Assembly: GCA_965224085.1 (NCBI GenBank)
Contig: CBDCYI010000005.1
Span: forward strand, 512,001-576,000
Direction: 5' to 3'
DNA: 64,000 bases
From: Candidatus Marinacidobacterales bacterium
GTDB taxonomy: Bacteria; Acidobacteriota; Vicinamibacteria; Marinacidobacterales; SMYC01
The position numbers and the translations under genes are program-made. Positions 1 to 9,778 of this stretch are shown in pieces (within the stretch, counting starts at the first letter, position 1; every line of letters starts with the position of its first letter). Under the pieces are notes generated by a model. That model saw only the letters and a list, made by a program, of their open reading frames with translations, was not told the DNA's origin and ran no database searches.

Positions 1-180
1 TATCGTGAGCTGGCGCAGGGCATGCGCCCGGCTGAAGGAAGAGCACCGGTGGGACTACGACATGCCGGCCGACGGGATCTACGGTCCGCGCTTTCTCAAG
101 AAACTCTCCGAAGCGGCCGACCCGGGCACGATCTTCGCTTGCGATGTCGGTCAGCATCAGATGTGGGTGGCGCAACACTG
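1..180 (+). pseudogene. ilvB: Acetolactate synthase large subunit, internal fragment (enters from window edge, cut by IS)
   Basis: Frame of ORF 5..1213 reads ...GTIFACDVGQHQMWVAQH, the DVGQHQMW motif of AHAS catalytic subunits; similarity stops at the IS terminal repeat and does not resume after the IS. Confidence 0.8.
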
Positions 181-1269
181 CTGCCTTGGTGCACAACTCG
201 CGATCTCGGTCCACAATTGTCCTGTACTCGCGGATACGAGGTTCCCCATGAGCATTTTCAAACGCACTCAGCGGAAGTATGTGAAGAAGGCCTATCGCGT
301 GAGGAATTGGCGTGAATATGAGGCGGGTCTACGCAACCGCGGGAGCCTGACCGTCTGGATCTCGCTCACCGCCGGCAAGCTTGTGAACTGGGACGCGCCC
401 CGGCCAAGGAGGAGGAAACCGGGCCGTCAACGCAAGTACTCGAACCACGCCATCGAGACGGCTGTCACCCTGGGCATGGTGTTTCATCTGTCGTCTAGGC
501 AGAGCGAGGGATTGCTGCGATCGTTGTTCGCTCTGATGAAGCTAGACAATGATGTGCCCGATCACACCACGATCTCGAGGCGCAAGGCGAAGCTGGGTAA
601 GGTCCCCTTCTACCAAGACAAGCAGAAGACGCCGTTGCACATCTTGATCGACAGCAGCGGTCTCGCTGTACACGCCGGCCAGCTGCGCAGAGCACCAAAT
701 AGCAGGGACTATCGCAAGCTCCATCTGTGTGTCGACGAGCAGACTGGCGAAGTCGTCGCCGGCGAGCTGACGAGCAAAAGAGCCCGCGATTCATCGCGGG
801 TTGCATCGCTTGTCAGACAGAGCGACAGTCCCATCTCATCGGCCAGAGCTGACACCGCATACGACGCCAGCGGCGTCTATGAGGCAATCGAGAATCACAG
901 CGCTCATCGCTCGCCGAGGGTGCTGATACCGCCGCGCAAGGGCGCCCTGCTCGCATCGGGGCCGGCGAGCAGCCGACAGCGCAATCGCAACATTGCAGCA
1001 CAAGCTCGGCTCGGCAAACGAAAGTGGCACACAGAATCGGGCTACAGCAAACGGAGCAAAGTCGAGACAACGTTCCATCGCTACAAGGCTATCGTGGGCT
1101 CAGCAATGCGAGCGAGAGGGTTGGCGGCACAGAGAGTCGAGGCAAGGATCGGGTGCAAGATTCTCAACACCATGACGGCGCTCGGGATGCCTGATAGCGA
1201 GATGATCGGATGATGGGAGTCGGGGCCAAGCGAGCTCTTGGCCTCTATCGGAGTTGTGCACCAAGGCAG
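181..1269 (+). mobile_element. IS5-family (IS903-like) insertion sequence
   Basis: Perfect 19-bp inverted match CTGCCTTGGTGCACAACTC (181-199) / GAGTTGTGCACCAAGGCAG (1251-1269) enclosing a DDE transposase; exact end may be 1-2 bp inside; no flanking direct repeat. Confidence 0.85.
248..1213 (+). CDS. IS5 family transposase
   Basis: YRVRNWREYEAGLRNRGSLTVW, VPDHTTISRR, IDSSG, RKLHL, ADTAYD and GYSKRSKVET are characteristic IS903-group motifs; ATG at 248. Confidence 0.9.
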   Translation: MSIFKRTQRKYVKKAYRVRNWREYEAGLRNRGSLTVWISLTAGKLVNWDAPRPRRRKPGRQRKYSNHAIETAVTLGMVFHLSSRQSEGLLRSLFALMKLDNDVPDHTTISRRKAKLGKVPFYQDKQKTPLHILIDSSGLAVHAGQLRRAPNSRDYRKLHLCVDEQTGEVVAGELTSKRARDSSRVASLVRQSDSPISSARADTAYDASGVYEAIENHSAHRSPRVLIPPRKGALLASGPASSRQRNRNIAAQARLGKRKWHTESGYSKRSKVETTFHRYKAIVGSAMRARGLAAQRVEARIGCKILNTMTALGMPDSEMIG

Positions 1270-1283
1270 GTCGGAGCCGCAGA

Positions 1284-1562
1284 CTAGCCACCCGCAGCTT
1301 TTTTCTCTGCTTCTTTCTTAGCGGCTTCTTCCTCTTCTTCGATCGCCACCCGCTCGGCGTCCGTCAGGACATCCATGAGCTCCCAGGCCTGCTTCTGCGG
1401 GCCGGAAACCATACCGATGAGGTCGGGGTCCTCTCCAGATGCATCCACCTTGACGCGGTCAGTATTCCTCTGGATCCGCCTTTCCGCTTTGATCCGCTGT
1501 TTCTCCTGACGTGCACGTTCTTTTTGACGCTTGATGAACGTCTGTCGACTTCGATTCGCCAT
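1284..1562 (-). CDS. Small charged hypothetical protein
   Basis: MANRSRQTFIKRQKERARQEKQ...EDPDLIGMVSGPQ; GGAGG RBS upstream of ATG 1562. Confidence 0.7.
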   Translation of the reverse strand: MANRSRQTFIKRQKERARQEKQRIKAERRIQRNTDRVKVDASGEDPDLIGMVSGPQKQAWELMDVLTDAERVAIEEEEEAAKKEAEKKAAGG

Positions 1563-1691
1563 AGGCAAACCTCCTGGTTTGTGCTGCTTTTTTAACCGCG
1601 CCAGGTTGAGGGTACCTTTCAAAACCCACCGAACAAAAGCGTTAGCCAAAGATGTATTTTAGTACAGTAGAAACGCCCGGGCAAGGACACA

Positions 1692-2798
1692 TCAATCCGT
1701 GGGCGATCCGTCCAAAAACCCCTCGAGGGGGCGCTCCTCGGCGCCATTCTCGTTGCAGGTCGCGTAGACTTGCTCGCCCGACGCGTACATCGCGACCCCG
1801 GCATATTCGCCTTTCTTGTTCAGGACGAAAAACCGCAGATTGAAGCTCGGGAGCCCCCGATCGTTGAGGAGCCGCTTTTCGACGGTGTTGGCCCGAACCC
1901 GCCGAAGTGCTTCCATACCAGCATCTTTCGGGTGTGTGCCGCCGCGGAGCTGCTCGACGATGAAGAACGAACATAGATTGTAGAGGTTTGCCTCTCCTCG
2001 TCCGGTGGAGCCAGCCGCCCCGACATCCCCGTCGACGTAAAGCCCGGCGCCGAGTATTGGCGAATCCCCCGTGCGCCCAGGGATCTTGAATGACAGCCCA
2101 CTCGTTGTGGTAACGCCCGCGATCTCGCCTTTCTCGTTGATGGCGTCGCAGTTGGTCGTGCCCCAGAAGTGGTCCTCGGAAATCAGCCCGTCGGCGACCA
2201 TCGTGAGCCCGGCGCGGTAGCCCTCATCCGCGCGCTTTTTGGGATCGAGGTAGTGGCTCGGGTCGACACGACGCTTCCATTCGAGCCAGTGTTTCCGAGA
2301 TTTCTTGGTGTTGAGGTCATCCTCGACTTTCACGCCCATGTTGCGTGCGAAGCTCTGCGCCCCGTCGCCCACCAGTAGATGGTGGTCGGTGTTCTCCATC
2401 ACAGCCTTTGCCACGACGGAGGGCGTGCGCACGCCTTCGATGGCCGCGACTCCGCCCGCCCGCTTGCTCGGCCCGTCCATGCAGCAGGCGTCGAGCTGCA
2501 CCACGCCGTCGGCGTTTGGAAGACCTCCGTAGCCGATGCCGCTCTCTTCCGGATCGTTCTCGGGGATTTGCACGCCGGCGACGACGGCGTCGATGACCCG
2601 ATCGCCTTCGGCCATGCGATAAAACGCCATTTCCACCGAGCTCATCGGCCCGCCATTCTTGAAACGGATGCCGCTTACATCGGAAATGACGACGGGCTGG
2701 ACCTCGGATGGAATCAACATCGTCGGCGCGGCTGCGATGGCGGCGGGCGCGACGACGCTACTCTTCACGAACTCACGACGATTGACTTTGCGCGGCAT
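1692..2798 (-). CDS. N(4)-(beta-N-acetylglucosaminyl)-L-asparaginase family Ntn hydrolase, Tat-exported
   Basis: NRREFVK twin-arginine signal; GYGGLPN...LDA, GT nucleophile site, TTTSGL, GRTGDSPILGAG, STGRGE. Confidence 0.85.
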   Translation of the reverse strand: MPRKVNRREFVKSSVVAPAAIAAAPTMLIPSEVQPVVISDVSGIRFKNGGPMSSVEMAFYRMAEGDRVIDAVVAGVQIPENDPEESGIGYGGLPNADGVVQLDACCMDGPSKRAGGVAAIEGVRTPSVVAKAVMENTDHHLLVGDGAQSFARNMGVKVEDDLNTKKSRKHWLEWKRRVDPSHYLDPKKRADEGYRAGLTMVADGLISEDHFWGTTNCDAINEKGEIAGVTTTSGLSFKIPGRTGDSPILGAGLYVDGDVGAAGSTGRGEANLYNLCSFFIVEQLRGGTHPKDAGMEALRRVRANTVEKRLLNDRGLPSFNLRFFVLNKKGEYAGVAMYASGEQVYATCNENGAEERPLEGFLDGSPTD

Positions 2799-2855
2799 TG
2801 GGCTTTCTCCCTGTACGCGACGTATTCTTGGTTGCAGGTGCTATTATAGAGCTAA

Positions 2856-4103
2856 ATGTCAACGAAGAAACAGGTTAGCCACATCAAGCTCACTTCACAC
2901 CCCGGGCAAACGAAGCCCATCCCGATCCGCTGGGACGCTCCGACGGCCGCGGAGCGCGGCCCCGTCGTGGGCACGCTGTCCGATCCTCAGAAACGCAATG
3001 TCATCGGAACTCATTCTGGTTCCTACGCGGTCTACCGCGCGCTCGCGGTCGCCGCGAAAGCGCTCGATCCCGAGCACAAGCCGGATTTCACCGACACGTC
3101 GCCATGGCACGCTATCGGGCCGCACCCGCAGTGGGCCAACGAGAACCGCATCGTCTCGATCGATCCTTTTGGCGCCACCGTGCACGACGCGTTCTCGGAC
3201 TATTACGACCAGGGATTTGACATCCGCCCGAGCATCGCGATTACGAAAGCGCATCTTCAGATGCCGGAGATCAAGGAGGCGATCGAAGCGGGGAGGCTCG
3301 AGGCCGACGGCGAGATCTTGAAAGAAGGCGGCAACTGCGCGGTCACCAAGGCTGCCATCGAGCCGTGCTGGTACCTACCCGAAGTCGCGAAGCGCTTCGG
3401 CACGGAGGAGGGGGAACTCCGACGGATTCTCTTCGAGCAAACGGGCGGTATGTTCCCGGAGCTCGTCACGCGCGGCGATCTCGGGGTCTTCTTGCCACCG
3501 ATTGGCGGGAAGACGGTCTACATCTTTGGCGATCCCGAGAAGCTCTCGGACAAAAAGAGCCCGGTGACCGCACGGGTTCACGACGAGTGCAACGGCTCGG
3601 ACGTCTTCGGCTCGGATATCTGTACATGCCGTCCTTATCTCGCTCACGGCATTGAAGAATGCATCCGCTGCGCGCAGGAAGGCGGCGCCGGTGTCATCGT
3701 CTACTTCCGCAAGGAAGGCCGCGCGCTCGGGGAGGTCACGAAGTTTCTCGTGTACAATGCGCGCAAAAGGCAAGAAGGAGGCGACCGCGCCGAGGAATAT
3801 TTCGCGCGCACCGAATGCGTCGCCGGCGTTCAAGATATGCGGTTCCAGACGCTCATGCCGGACGTTTTGCACTGGCTCGGCATACGGCGCATCGATCGCT
3901 TCGTCTCGATGAGCAACTTGAAATACGACGCGATCGTGAGCTCCGGGATCGAGATCGGTGAGCGGGTACGCATCCCGCCGGAACTCGTGCCGGCGGACGC
4001 GCAGGTCGAGATCGACGCCAAGATGGCAGCGGGCTACTACACCGATGGCGAGCTTCCAGACGAGGGCGAGCTGGGAAAGCCCAAAGGGCGCTCTTTCGGA
4101 TAG
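2856..4103 (+). CDS. GTP cyclohydrolase II-like protein with N-terminal extension (URC1-type)
   Basis: RNVIGTHSGSY N-domain; RVHDECNGSDVFGSDICTC zinc motif; KEGRALG; lies upstream of URC4-type gene and upp. Confidence 0.85.
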   Translation: MSTKKQVSHIKLTSHPGQTKPIPIRWDAPTAAERGPVVGTLSDPQKRNVIGTHSGSYAVYRALAVAAKALDPEHKPDFTDTSPWHAIGPHPQWANENRIVSIDPFGATVHDAFSDYYDQGFDIRPSIAITKAHLQMPEIKEAIEAGRLEADGEILKEGGNCAVTKAAIEPCWYLPEVAKRFGTEEGELRRILFEQTGGMFPELVTRGDLGVFLPPIGGKTVYIFGDPEKLSDKKSPVTARVHDECNGSDVFGSDICTCRPYLAHGIEECIRCAQEGGAGVIVYFRKEGRALGEVTKFLVYNARKRQEGGDRAEEYFARTECVAGVQDMRFQTLMPDVLHWLGIRRIDRFVSMSNLKYDAIVSSGIEIGERVRIPPELVPADAQVEIDAKMAAGYYTDGELPDEGELGKPKGRSFG

Positions 4104-5251
4104 TGCCGACCTCTCCCGTCCAATTTCTTCGAACGCCCGAGGCCGTCCGCGAGCGAGCGGAGAACATCTTTCGCGCCGAGCGTGAGCACTTCGATGTGCG
4201 GCTCGACCGGCTGCCCAGGGTGGTCGAGATGGTGCACGAGGTGACGCAATCCGCCTACCCGAAGGGAAACATCCCAATCCACGGGCGCTTCCGTCACTTC
4301 GGTGAGGCGCGCCTCGCGCTTCTCGACAATACGATCTCGGGTGTCGACCGAGCGGCGCGAGCGTGCGCACAGATCGATCTCGTCGTCACGAGCGTTCTTC
4401 TCGATGCCGGCGCGGGGGCGCGGTGGCGCTACCTCGAGCCCGGGACGGGCGAGGAGCTAAAGCACTCGGAAGGCTTGGCGGTCGCGAGCTTTCACATGTT
4501 CATGGCCGGCGCTTTTTCGCATGAGGGCGGCGCGCAGGCGACCGCCGCGGGGTTGGCATCGATCGACGAGACCGCCCTCGCGGACGGTTTCCAGGTCGAA
4601 GCCGACAATCCGCTCGTGGGTCTCGAAGGACGCACCGAGCTCCTGCGCGCACTCGGCCGAGCGCTCGAAGCAAAGCCCGAGCTCTTTGGCGAGACGGGGC
4701 GTCCGGGTCATTTGTTCGATACGGTCGATGCGAATGCCCGGGCGCTCCTCGACGCGGTGCTTTCCGGGCTCGGCTCGATCTGGCCTAGGCACTTGACTCT
4801 CGACGGCGAGAAACTCGGCGACGTCTGGCGGCACCCGCTCGCGGGCGGCGACGGCCCGAGCGCCGGTCTCGTGCCGTTTCACAAACTCTCGCAGTGGCTG
4901 ACTTACTCGCTGGTCGAGCCTTTCGAGCAGGGCGGCCGGAAGGTCGCGAATGTCGACAGCTTGACGGGGCTCGCCGAATATCGCAACGGCGGACTCTTCG
5001 TCGATCTCGGCGTCGTCGTGCCAAAGCACGACGCGGTGACGCGCGAGGCGCACCCACCCGATTCGGAGATCGTCGTCGAGTGGCGCGCTCTCACGATCTC
5101 ACTTCTCGACCGTGTCGCAGAAGCTTTGAAGATGCCCATCCCTCGTCTGCTCGAGGGAGGCACGTGGCAGGCGGGGCGGATCGCCGCGCGCGAGAGGCGC
5201 GAAGACGGCTCGCCCCCGATCCGCATCGAAAGCGACGGTACGGTTTTCTAG
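4103..5251 (+). CDS. URC4/Urg3-family (DUF1688) protein
   Basis: SVLLDAGAG, SEGLAVAS, FHKLSQWLTYSL, GLAEYRNGGL, VEWRALT, LEGGTW, IESDGTVF; coupled to previous gene. Confidence 0.85.
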   Translation: MPTSPVQFLRTPEAVRERAENIFRAEREHFDVRLDRLPRVVEMVHEVTQSAYPKGNIPIHGRFRHFGEARLALLDNTISGVDRAARACAQIDLVVTSVLLDAGAGARWRYLEPGTGEELKHSEGLAVASFHMFMAGAFSHEGGAQATAAGLASIDETALADGFQVEADNPLVGLEGRTELLRALGRALEAKPELFGETGRPGHLFDTVDANARALLDAVLSGLGSIWPRHLTLDGEKLGDVWRHPLAGGDGPSAGLVPFHKLSQWLTYSLVEPFEQGGRKVANVDSLTGLAEYRNGGLFVDLGVVVPKHDAVTREAHPPDSEIVVEWRALTISLLDRVAEALKMPIPRLLEGGTWQAGRIAARERREDGSPPIRIESDGTVF

Positions 5252-5266
5252 ACAGGAGCTCTCCCC

Positions 5267-5563
5267 ATGCCAGAGTTACACGTCATCGATCACCCGCTCA
5301 TCACACACAAGATGACTCATATGCGGAAGAAGCAAACGAGTACGGGACAGTTTAGAGCGCTCGTGCAAGAGGTCAGCATGCTTCTCGCGTACGAAGTCAC
5401 GCGCGATTTCCCGCTGAGCCCCATGCCCATCGAGACCCCGCTCGAAAAAATGACGGCGCAAGTTCTCGACGGCAAGAAGATCGTCTTCGTGTCCATCTTG
5501 CGCGCCGGTAACGGCATCCTCGACGGAATGTTGCGTATTCTGCCTTCCGCCCGCGTGGGTCAC
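5267..5563 (+). pseudogene. upp: Uracil phosphoribosyltransferase, N-terminal half only
   Basis: [37 protein letters not shown]; the following G-L-Y-R-D segment, the PRPP-binding DPMLATG motif and the C-terminus are absent. Confidence 0.8.
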
Positions 5564-5786
5564 TTCGTTGAAGCGATACTGACGTCGTTTCCCATTATCA
5601 GCTTCGATTGCGTCGCCGCGCGCACCCATGCGCGACTCTGGGCGAGCCTTTTGTCCAAGGGGGCGCACAATTGGCGCGCACGATCTGCTTATCGCTGCGA
5701 CGGCCATATCCAGAGGACTCGGCGTCGTGACTCGCGACCAGAGAAGCTTTCCAGAGATCCCCGGGTTGAGCGTAGACGTCTGGTGA
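5564..5786 (+). pseudogene. VapC/PIN-domain toxin C-terminal fragment, frameshifted
   Basis: [25 protein letters not shown]; removing one G from the run at 5659-5663 gives [32 protein letters not shown], typical of PIN toxins. Confidence 0.75.
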
Positions 5787-5852
5787 ACAATAGGCGCGAG
5801 GGCGTCGCTTTCCTGTTGGACAACTGCACCTCTATTTTCTTTGCTTGGCGGA

Positions 5853-6725
5853 TCAATGCCTCTGAACGAAATACGAGCCCGTTACGACAAGTAGCGCCCC
5901 GAAGAAGAGCTCGGGGCCTACTTGCTCCCCAAGGACGAGCCAGCTCAACAGAACGCCGAAGAGCGGCTGTGTCAGATACACGGTCGCGACTCGCGACGGC
6001 GGAAAGTTCTTTAGAAGCCACGTCTGCAAGAGAAAGGCGAAGCCGGCGATCACAATGCCTTGATAGAAGAGCGCCATTCCGAAGCGGGCCGTGTACTGTG
6101 TCGGGTCGGTCTCGAAGAGCGCGCTCGCGGCGAGAAAGCTCAACGTGCCAACGCCCGCTTGGGCAAGCAAGAGCTTTTCCACGGCGATCCCTTGCGCCGA
6201 GGCCGACAGGACGATCTGCCGCCCGCCGAGCAAAAGCGAGGAAACGACGAGTAGGCCGTCACCGAGAAGCGTTCCACCGTCGCCGCGAAGGCTCGTGATG
6301 AACACCACGACAACACCGCTATAGGCCACGATCGCGCCGAGCGCGCGCGTGCGTGTGAGCCTGTCACCAGGCACGAGAAAGTGAGCCAACACCGAGGTCC
6401 ATAACGGATAGGCACTCATGATGACCGCAGCGTGGCCGGCGCTCGTGTGGTTTTGTCCTATGTTCATGAAGGCGAGCTGGGAGGAGAACAGGCAACCGAG
6501 CCCGATGAGCGCCGTCCACTCATGGCGCTCCACGCGGAGCGACTGACGGCGGAAAGCCGCCGCCAGGAGCACGATGAGGCCGCCGAGCACGAAACGCATC
6601 CATCCCAGACGCAAGGGCGGGCAGTCCCGTAGCCCAGCTTTCACCGCGACGGGGTTGCCTCCCCAGAGTACGGAAAGCGACACCGCGAGCCCGAGCGCGC
6701 CTTTCGTCAGTTTTTCGTGTCTCAA
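5853..6725 (-). CDS. DMT/EamA family transporter
   Basis: About 10 hydrophobic segments, [34 protein letters not shown]; TTG start at 6725 inferred. Confidence 0.8.
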   Translation of the reverse strand: MRHEKLTKGALGLAVSLSVLWGGNPVAVKAGLRDCPPLRLGWMRFVLGGLIVLLAAAFRRQSLRVERHEWTALIGLGCLFSSQLAFMNIGQNHTSAGHAAVIMSAYPLWTSVLAHFLVPGDRLTRTRALGAIVAYSGVVVVFITSLRGDGGTLLGDGLLVVSSLLLGGRQIVLSASAQGIAVEKLLLAQAGVGTLSFLAASALFETDPTQYTARFGMALFYQGIVIAGFAFLLQTWLLKNFPPSRVATVYLTQPLFGVLLSWLVLGEQVGPELFFGALLVVTGSYFVQRH

Positions 6726-6765
6726 GCCCGCACATCTTATAGGATCGCCCGTCTGGAACTTGACG

Positions 6766-7002
6766 ATGGACGAAACCACAGAGCCGAATCTCGGCGCTTT
6801 TCGAGACGTTCCGTTCATGGGCGTCATCTTCGTCGTCCACGAAGCCATGAAGCGCGGCTTCGTGAACGGCCATCCCGACTGGAGCAATCTCGGTCAAGGC
6901 CAGCCCGAAATCGGCCCGATGGAGGGCACCCACGCGGATCAAAAACGTCCAAATCGAGCCCGAGGACCACGCCCACGGGCCTCTCGAAGGCGTTTCCGAG
7001 TT
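6766..7002 (+). pseudogene. PLP-dependent aminotransferase N-terminal remnant
   Basis: FRDVPFMGVIFVVHEA..WSNLGQGQPE, continuing after a frameshift near 6930 as RIKNVQIEPEDHAHGPLEGVSE; truncated at the 3' end of the convergent gene. Confidence 0.6.
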
Positions 7003-7007
7003 TGGCT

Positions 7008-9704
7008 TTAACCGATGGGCTCGCCGTCCGGGTCGAGGCGGATCACCTCGCCGAACTCGAGCGACGCCACATCTGCCGCAACCTTCTGCGCGTCACCGAT
7101 GACGAGCAAGATCGCATCTTCTGTGCTCAAGTACTTCGACGCAGCGGCTTCGAGCTGACCCCTCGTGACCGACTCGACCTTGTCCGTGTAGCGGCTCATC
7201 TCGTCGAGCGAAATCCCGTAGCCGTCGAGCTCAGCGACTTCCCCCGCCACTTGTCCGAGCGTCTCGAAGCGCTGGGCGAAACCGCGCACGAGATTCTCCT
7301 TCGCGTGTGCGAGCTCGTTATCCGTGACCGGCCGATTCCACGTGGCGAGCGCGTCGAACTCAGCGATCAACTGTTCGAGAGCGTCCTTGGTGACCGAGCT
7401 CTCCACGGGCGCAGAGCCCACGAGGATACTTTGAAGCGTCGCGAAGCGGATCGACGAGAAGGCGCCGTAGGTGAAGCCTTTGTCTTCACGAAGGTTCAAG
7501 TTGAGACGACCGGAGAAGCCGCCGCCGAGGATGTTGTTGAGCACTTCTAGGACGTAATAGTCCTCGGTGTTGCGTGCGGGCGCGAGCTTCGCGAGGCGGA
7601 GCTCGGATTGCGCCGAGCCCGGGCGGTCGACGAAATAAGTGACGCGCGACGGAGGGGCGACTTTCTCGACCTTTGCTTCACCGAAAGCCTCGACCTCCCA
7701 ATGCCCGAGCGAGCGCTCGGCGAGCGATTCTGCTTCCTCGAGACCGATATCACCGACCATGATGAGCACCGCGTTGCTCGGCGCGTAGTGCGTCAAATAG
7801 AACTGCTCGAGCGCGGCGCGCTGCATCCCTTCGATGGTTTTGTCTTCTCCTGAGATCGGCCAACCGTAGGGGTGGCTCTTTCCGAAAAGGGCCTTTCGGA
7901 TTGCCTTTCCGGCGATCGCGCCCGGGCTCACGCGGTCCTGGAGAAATCCGTCGAGCCGCTGCTTGCGACACCGCTCGAGTTCCTCACTGGGAAAGCCCGG
8001 ATGGAGGAGTACGTCCGTCATCAACTCGAGCGACTCGGGAAAGTGACGTTTCAGCGCGTCGAGCGACACCACGCTCCACTCGCGGCTTCCACCGCTCGAG
8101 AGATGACTTCCCATGCGGTCGAGCTCGGCTTCGATTTGAAGAGACGTTCGGCTCGTCGTCCCTTCTTCGAGCATCTCGGCGGTCATGCACGCGAGACCGC
8201 TTCTCTCGAAGCTCTCGGCGGTCGCGCCCACTTTCACTACGAGCGCCGTCGCGATTTTCGGAATCTCGCGACGTTCGACGACGTGCAGCTTGAGTCCGTT
8301 CCCAAGCTTCGTCGACGCGACTTCGGGCACGTGAAAGGCGGGGCTCGGCTTGAGCACCGGACTATTCTTACGATCGGGCTCATCGCGATCCTCGGTCGTC
8401 GAGGTCTCGGCAAGATAGCTCACCACGAGCCTCGGCTTGAGCAAGTAGCGCTTGGCCGCTTTTCGAAGATCCTTGGCCTGGACCTCTTGATATCTTTCGT
8501 AGTCCGCCTCGATGAAATCGGGCGAGCCGAGAAAGGTTTGATACATTGCGAGACGGTCCGCTTTCCCGCCGAAGCCTCCGATGCGCTCGAGCCCGGATAG
8601 GAAATCGAATTCCTGCCCCGCCTTGATGCGCTCCATCTCGTCATCCGTCGGCCCGTCCTTGGCGAGGCGGCGTATCTCTTCGTCGATGAGCTCCTCTAAT
8701 CTCGCGAGTGGCGTCCCAGGTCGAGCGGTAGCGACGATGCCGACGAGGCCGGCAATCTCGAGGCTGTAGTTGAAAGCGCTCACGTCCGACGCCAATTGCT
8801 CGTCGTAAACAAGCCGCTTGTACAGACGCGAGTTCTTGCCGTCCGCGAGCACTGTCGAAACCAGGTCGAGCGCGGCATCATCGGGCTCGAAGAAAGCGAC
8901 AGCAGGCCAAGCCATGTAAACACGTTCCTGCGGCACACGGTCGTAGACCGTAACGCGTCGGTCTGTGTCGAGCGTCACTTCGTAGCGCTCGGGACGCTCC
9001 AGCGGAGGGCTGGGCGGAAGCGGCGCGAAGTACTTTTCGATGAGCGCTCGGGTCGCCTCGCGATCGAAAGCTCCCGCGACGGTGAGGACACAATTGTTGG
9101 GCGCGTAGAACTTCTTGAAAAAGCCATGGATGTCGTCGAGAGACGCGCTTTCGACATCCTCCATGCTGCCGATGATGTGCCACGAGTAAGGATGGCCTTT
9201 GGGAAAGAGATTCTGGAAGAGCACTTCGACGGCAGTCCCGTAAGGAACGTTGTCCATGCTCTGGCGCCTTTCGTTCTTGACGACGTCGCGCTGGTTGTCG
9301 AGGTTCTCCTGCGTCACCGCGTCGAGGAGATAGCCCATCCGGTCGGACTCCGCCCAGAGCACGAGCTCGAGCGAGCCGGAGGGGACCGTCTCGAAATAAT
9401 TCGTGCGATCGAAATTCGTCGTGCCGTTGATGCCGCCTTGCGAGATATTCGCGCCGGCACGCTCCATGAGCGAGACGTACTCGCCTTTCACGTTGCGCGA
9501 GCCTTCGAACATCATATGCTCGAACAGATGAGCAAAACCGGTCTTACCGGGCTGCTCGTTCTTCGAGCCCACGTGGTACCAGAGATTGACGTGCGAGACC
9601 GGAAGCTTGTGGTCCTCGTGAAGGATAACCTGAAGGCCGTTCGGGAGGCGGTAGGTCTCGAAATCGATGTGAGGAACAACGCCAGCGTGCGTTTTCTGGC
9701 TCAA
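7008..9704 (-). CDS. M16 family zinc metallopeptidase (pitrilysin-like, two fused halves)
   Basis: GFAHLFEHMMF inverted zinc motif HxxEH; RTNYFE; VVKNERR; second half with LNLNLREDKGFTYG. Confidence 0.92.
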   Translation of the reverse strand: MSQKTHAGVVPHIDFETYRLPNGLQVILHEDHKLPVSHVNLWYHVGSKNEQPGKTGFAHLFEHMMFEGSRNVKGEYVSLMERAGANISQGGINGTTNFDRTNYFETVPSGSLELVLWAESDRMGYLLDAVTQENLDNQRDVVKNERRQSMDNVPYGTAVEVLFQNLFPKGHPYSWHIIGSMEDVESASLDDIHGFFKKFYAPNNCVLTVAGAFDREATRALIEKYFAPLPPSPPLERPERYEVTLDTDRRVTVYDRVPQERVYMAWPAVAFFEPDDAALDLVSTVLADGKNSRLYKRLVYDEQLASDVSAFNYSLEIAGLVGIVATARPGTPLARLEELIDEEIRRLAKDGPTDDEMERIKAGQEFDFLSGLERIGGFGGKADRLAMYQTFLGSPDFIEADYERYQEVQAKDLRKAAKRYLLKPRLVVSYLAETSTTEDRDEPDRKNSPVLKPSPAFHVPEVASTKLGNGLKLHVVERREIPKIATALVVKVGATAESFERSGLACMTAEMLEEGTTSRTSLQIEAELDRMGSHLSSGGSREWSVVSLDALKRHFPESLELMTDVLLHPGFPSEELERCRKQRLDGFLQDRVSPGAIAGKAIRKALFGKSHPYGWPISGEDKTIEGMQRAALEQFYLTHYAPSNAVLIMVGDIGLEEAESLAERSLGHWEVEAFGEAKVEKVAPPSRVTYFVDRPGSAQSELRLAKLAPARNTEDYYVLEVLNNILGGGFSGRLNLNLREDKGFTYGAFSSIRFATLQSILVGSAPVESSVTKDALEQLIAEFDALATWNRPVTDNELAHAKENLVRGFAQRFETLGQVAGEVAELDGYGISLDEMSRYTDKVESVTRGQLEAAASKYLSTEDAILLVIGDAQKVAADVASLEFGEVIRLDPDGEPIG

Positions 9705-9778
9705 CGAAACTCCTTCCAGTGGGGTGAACGTGTTCTCTATCTGCGGGCTCTCTATATAATACCGTTTCGGGAGGCATT

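Noticed and set aside
5-1213. 402-aa ORF as one protein
   Set aside because: It is a read-through of the ilvB fragment into the IS; the transposase starts at 248.
5267-6298. 343-aa ORF as a full-length UPRTase
   Set aside because: Only the first 99 aa are Upp; the rest is vapC remnant and antisense of the EamA gene.
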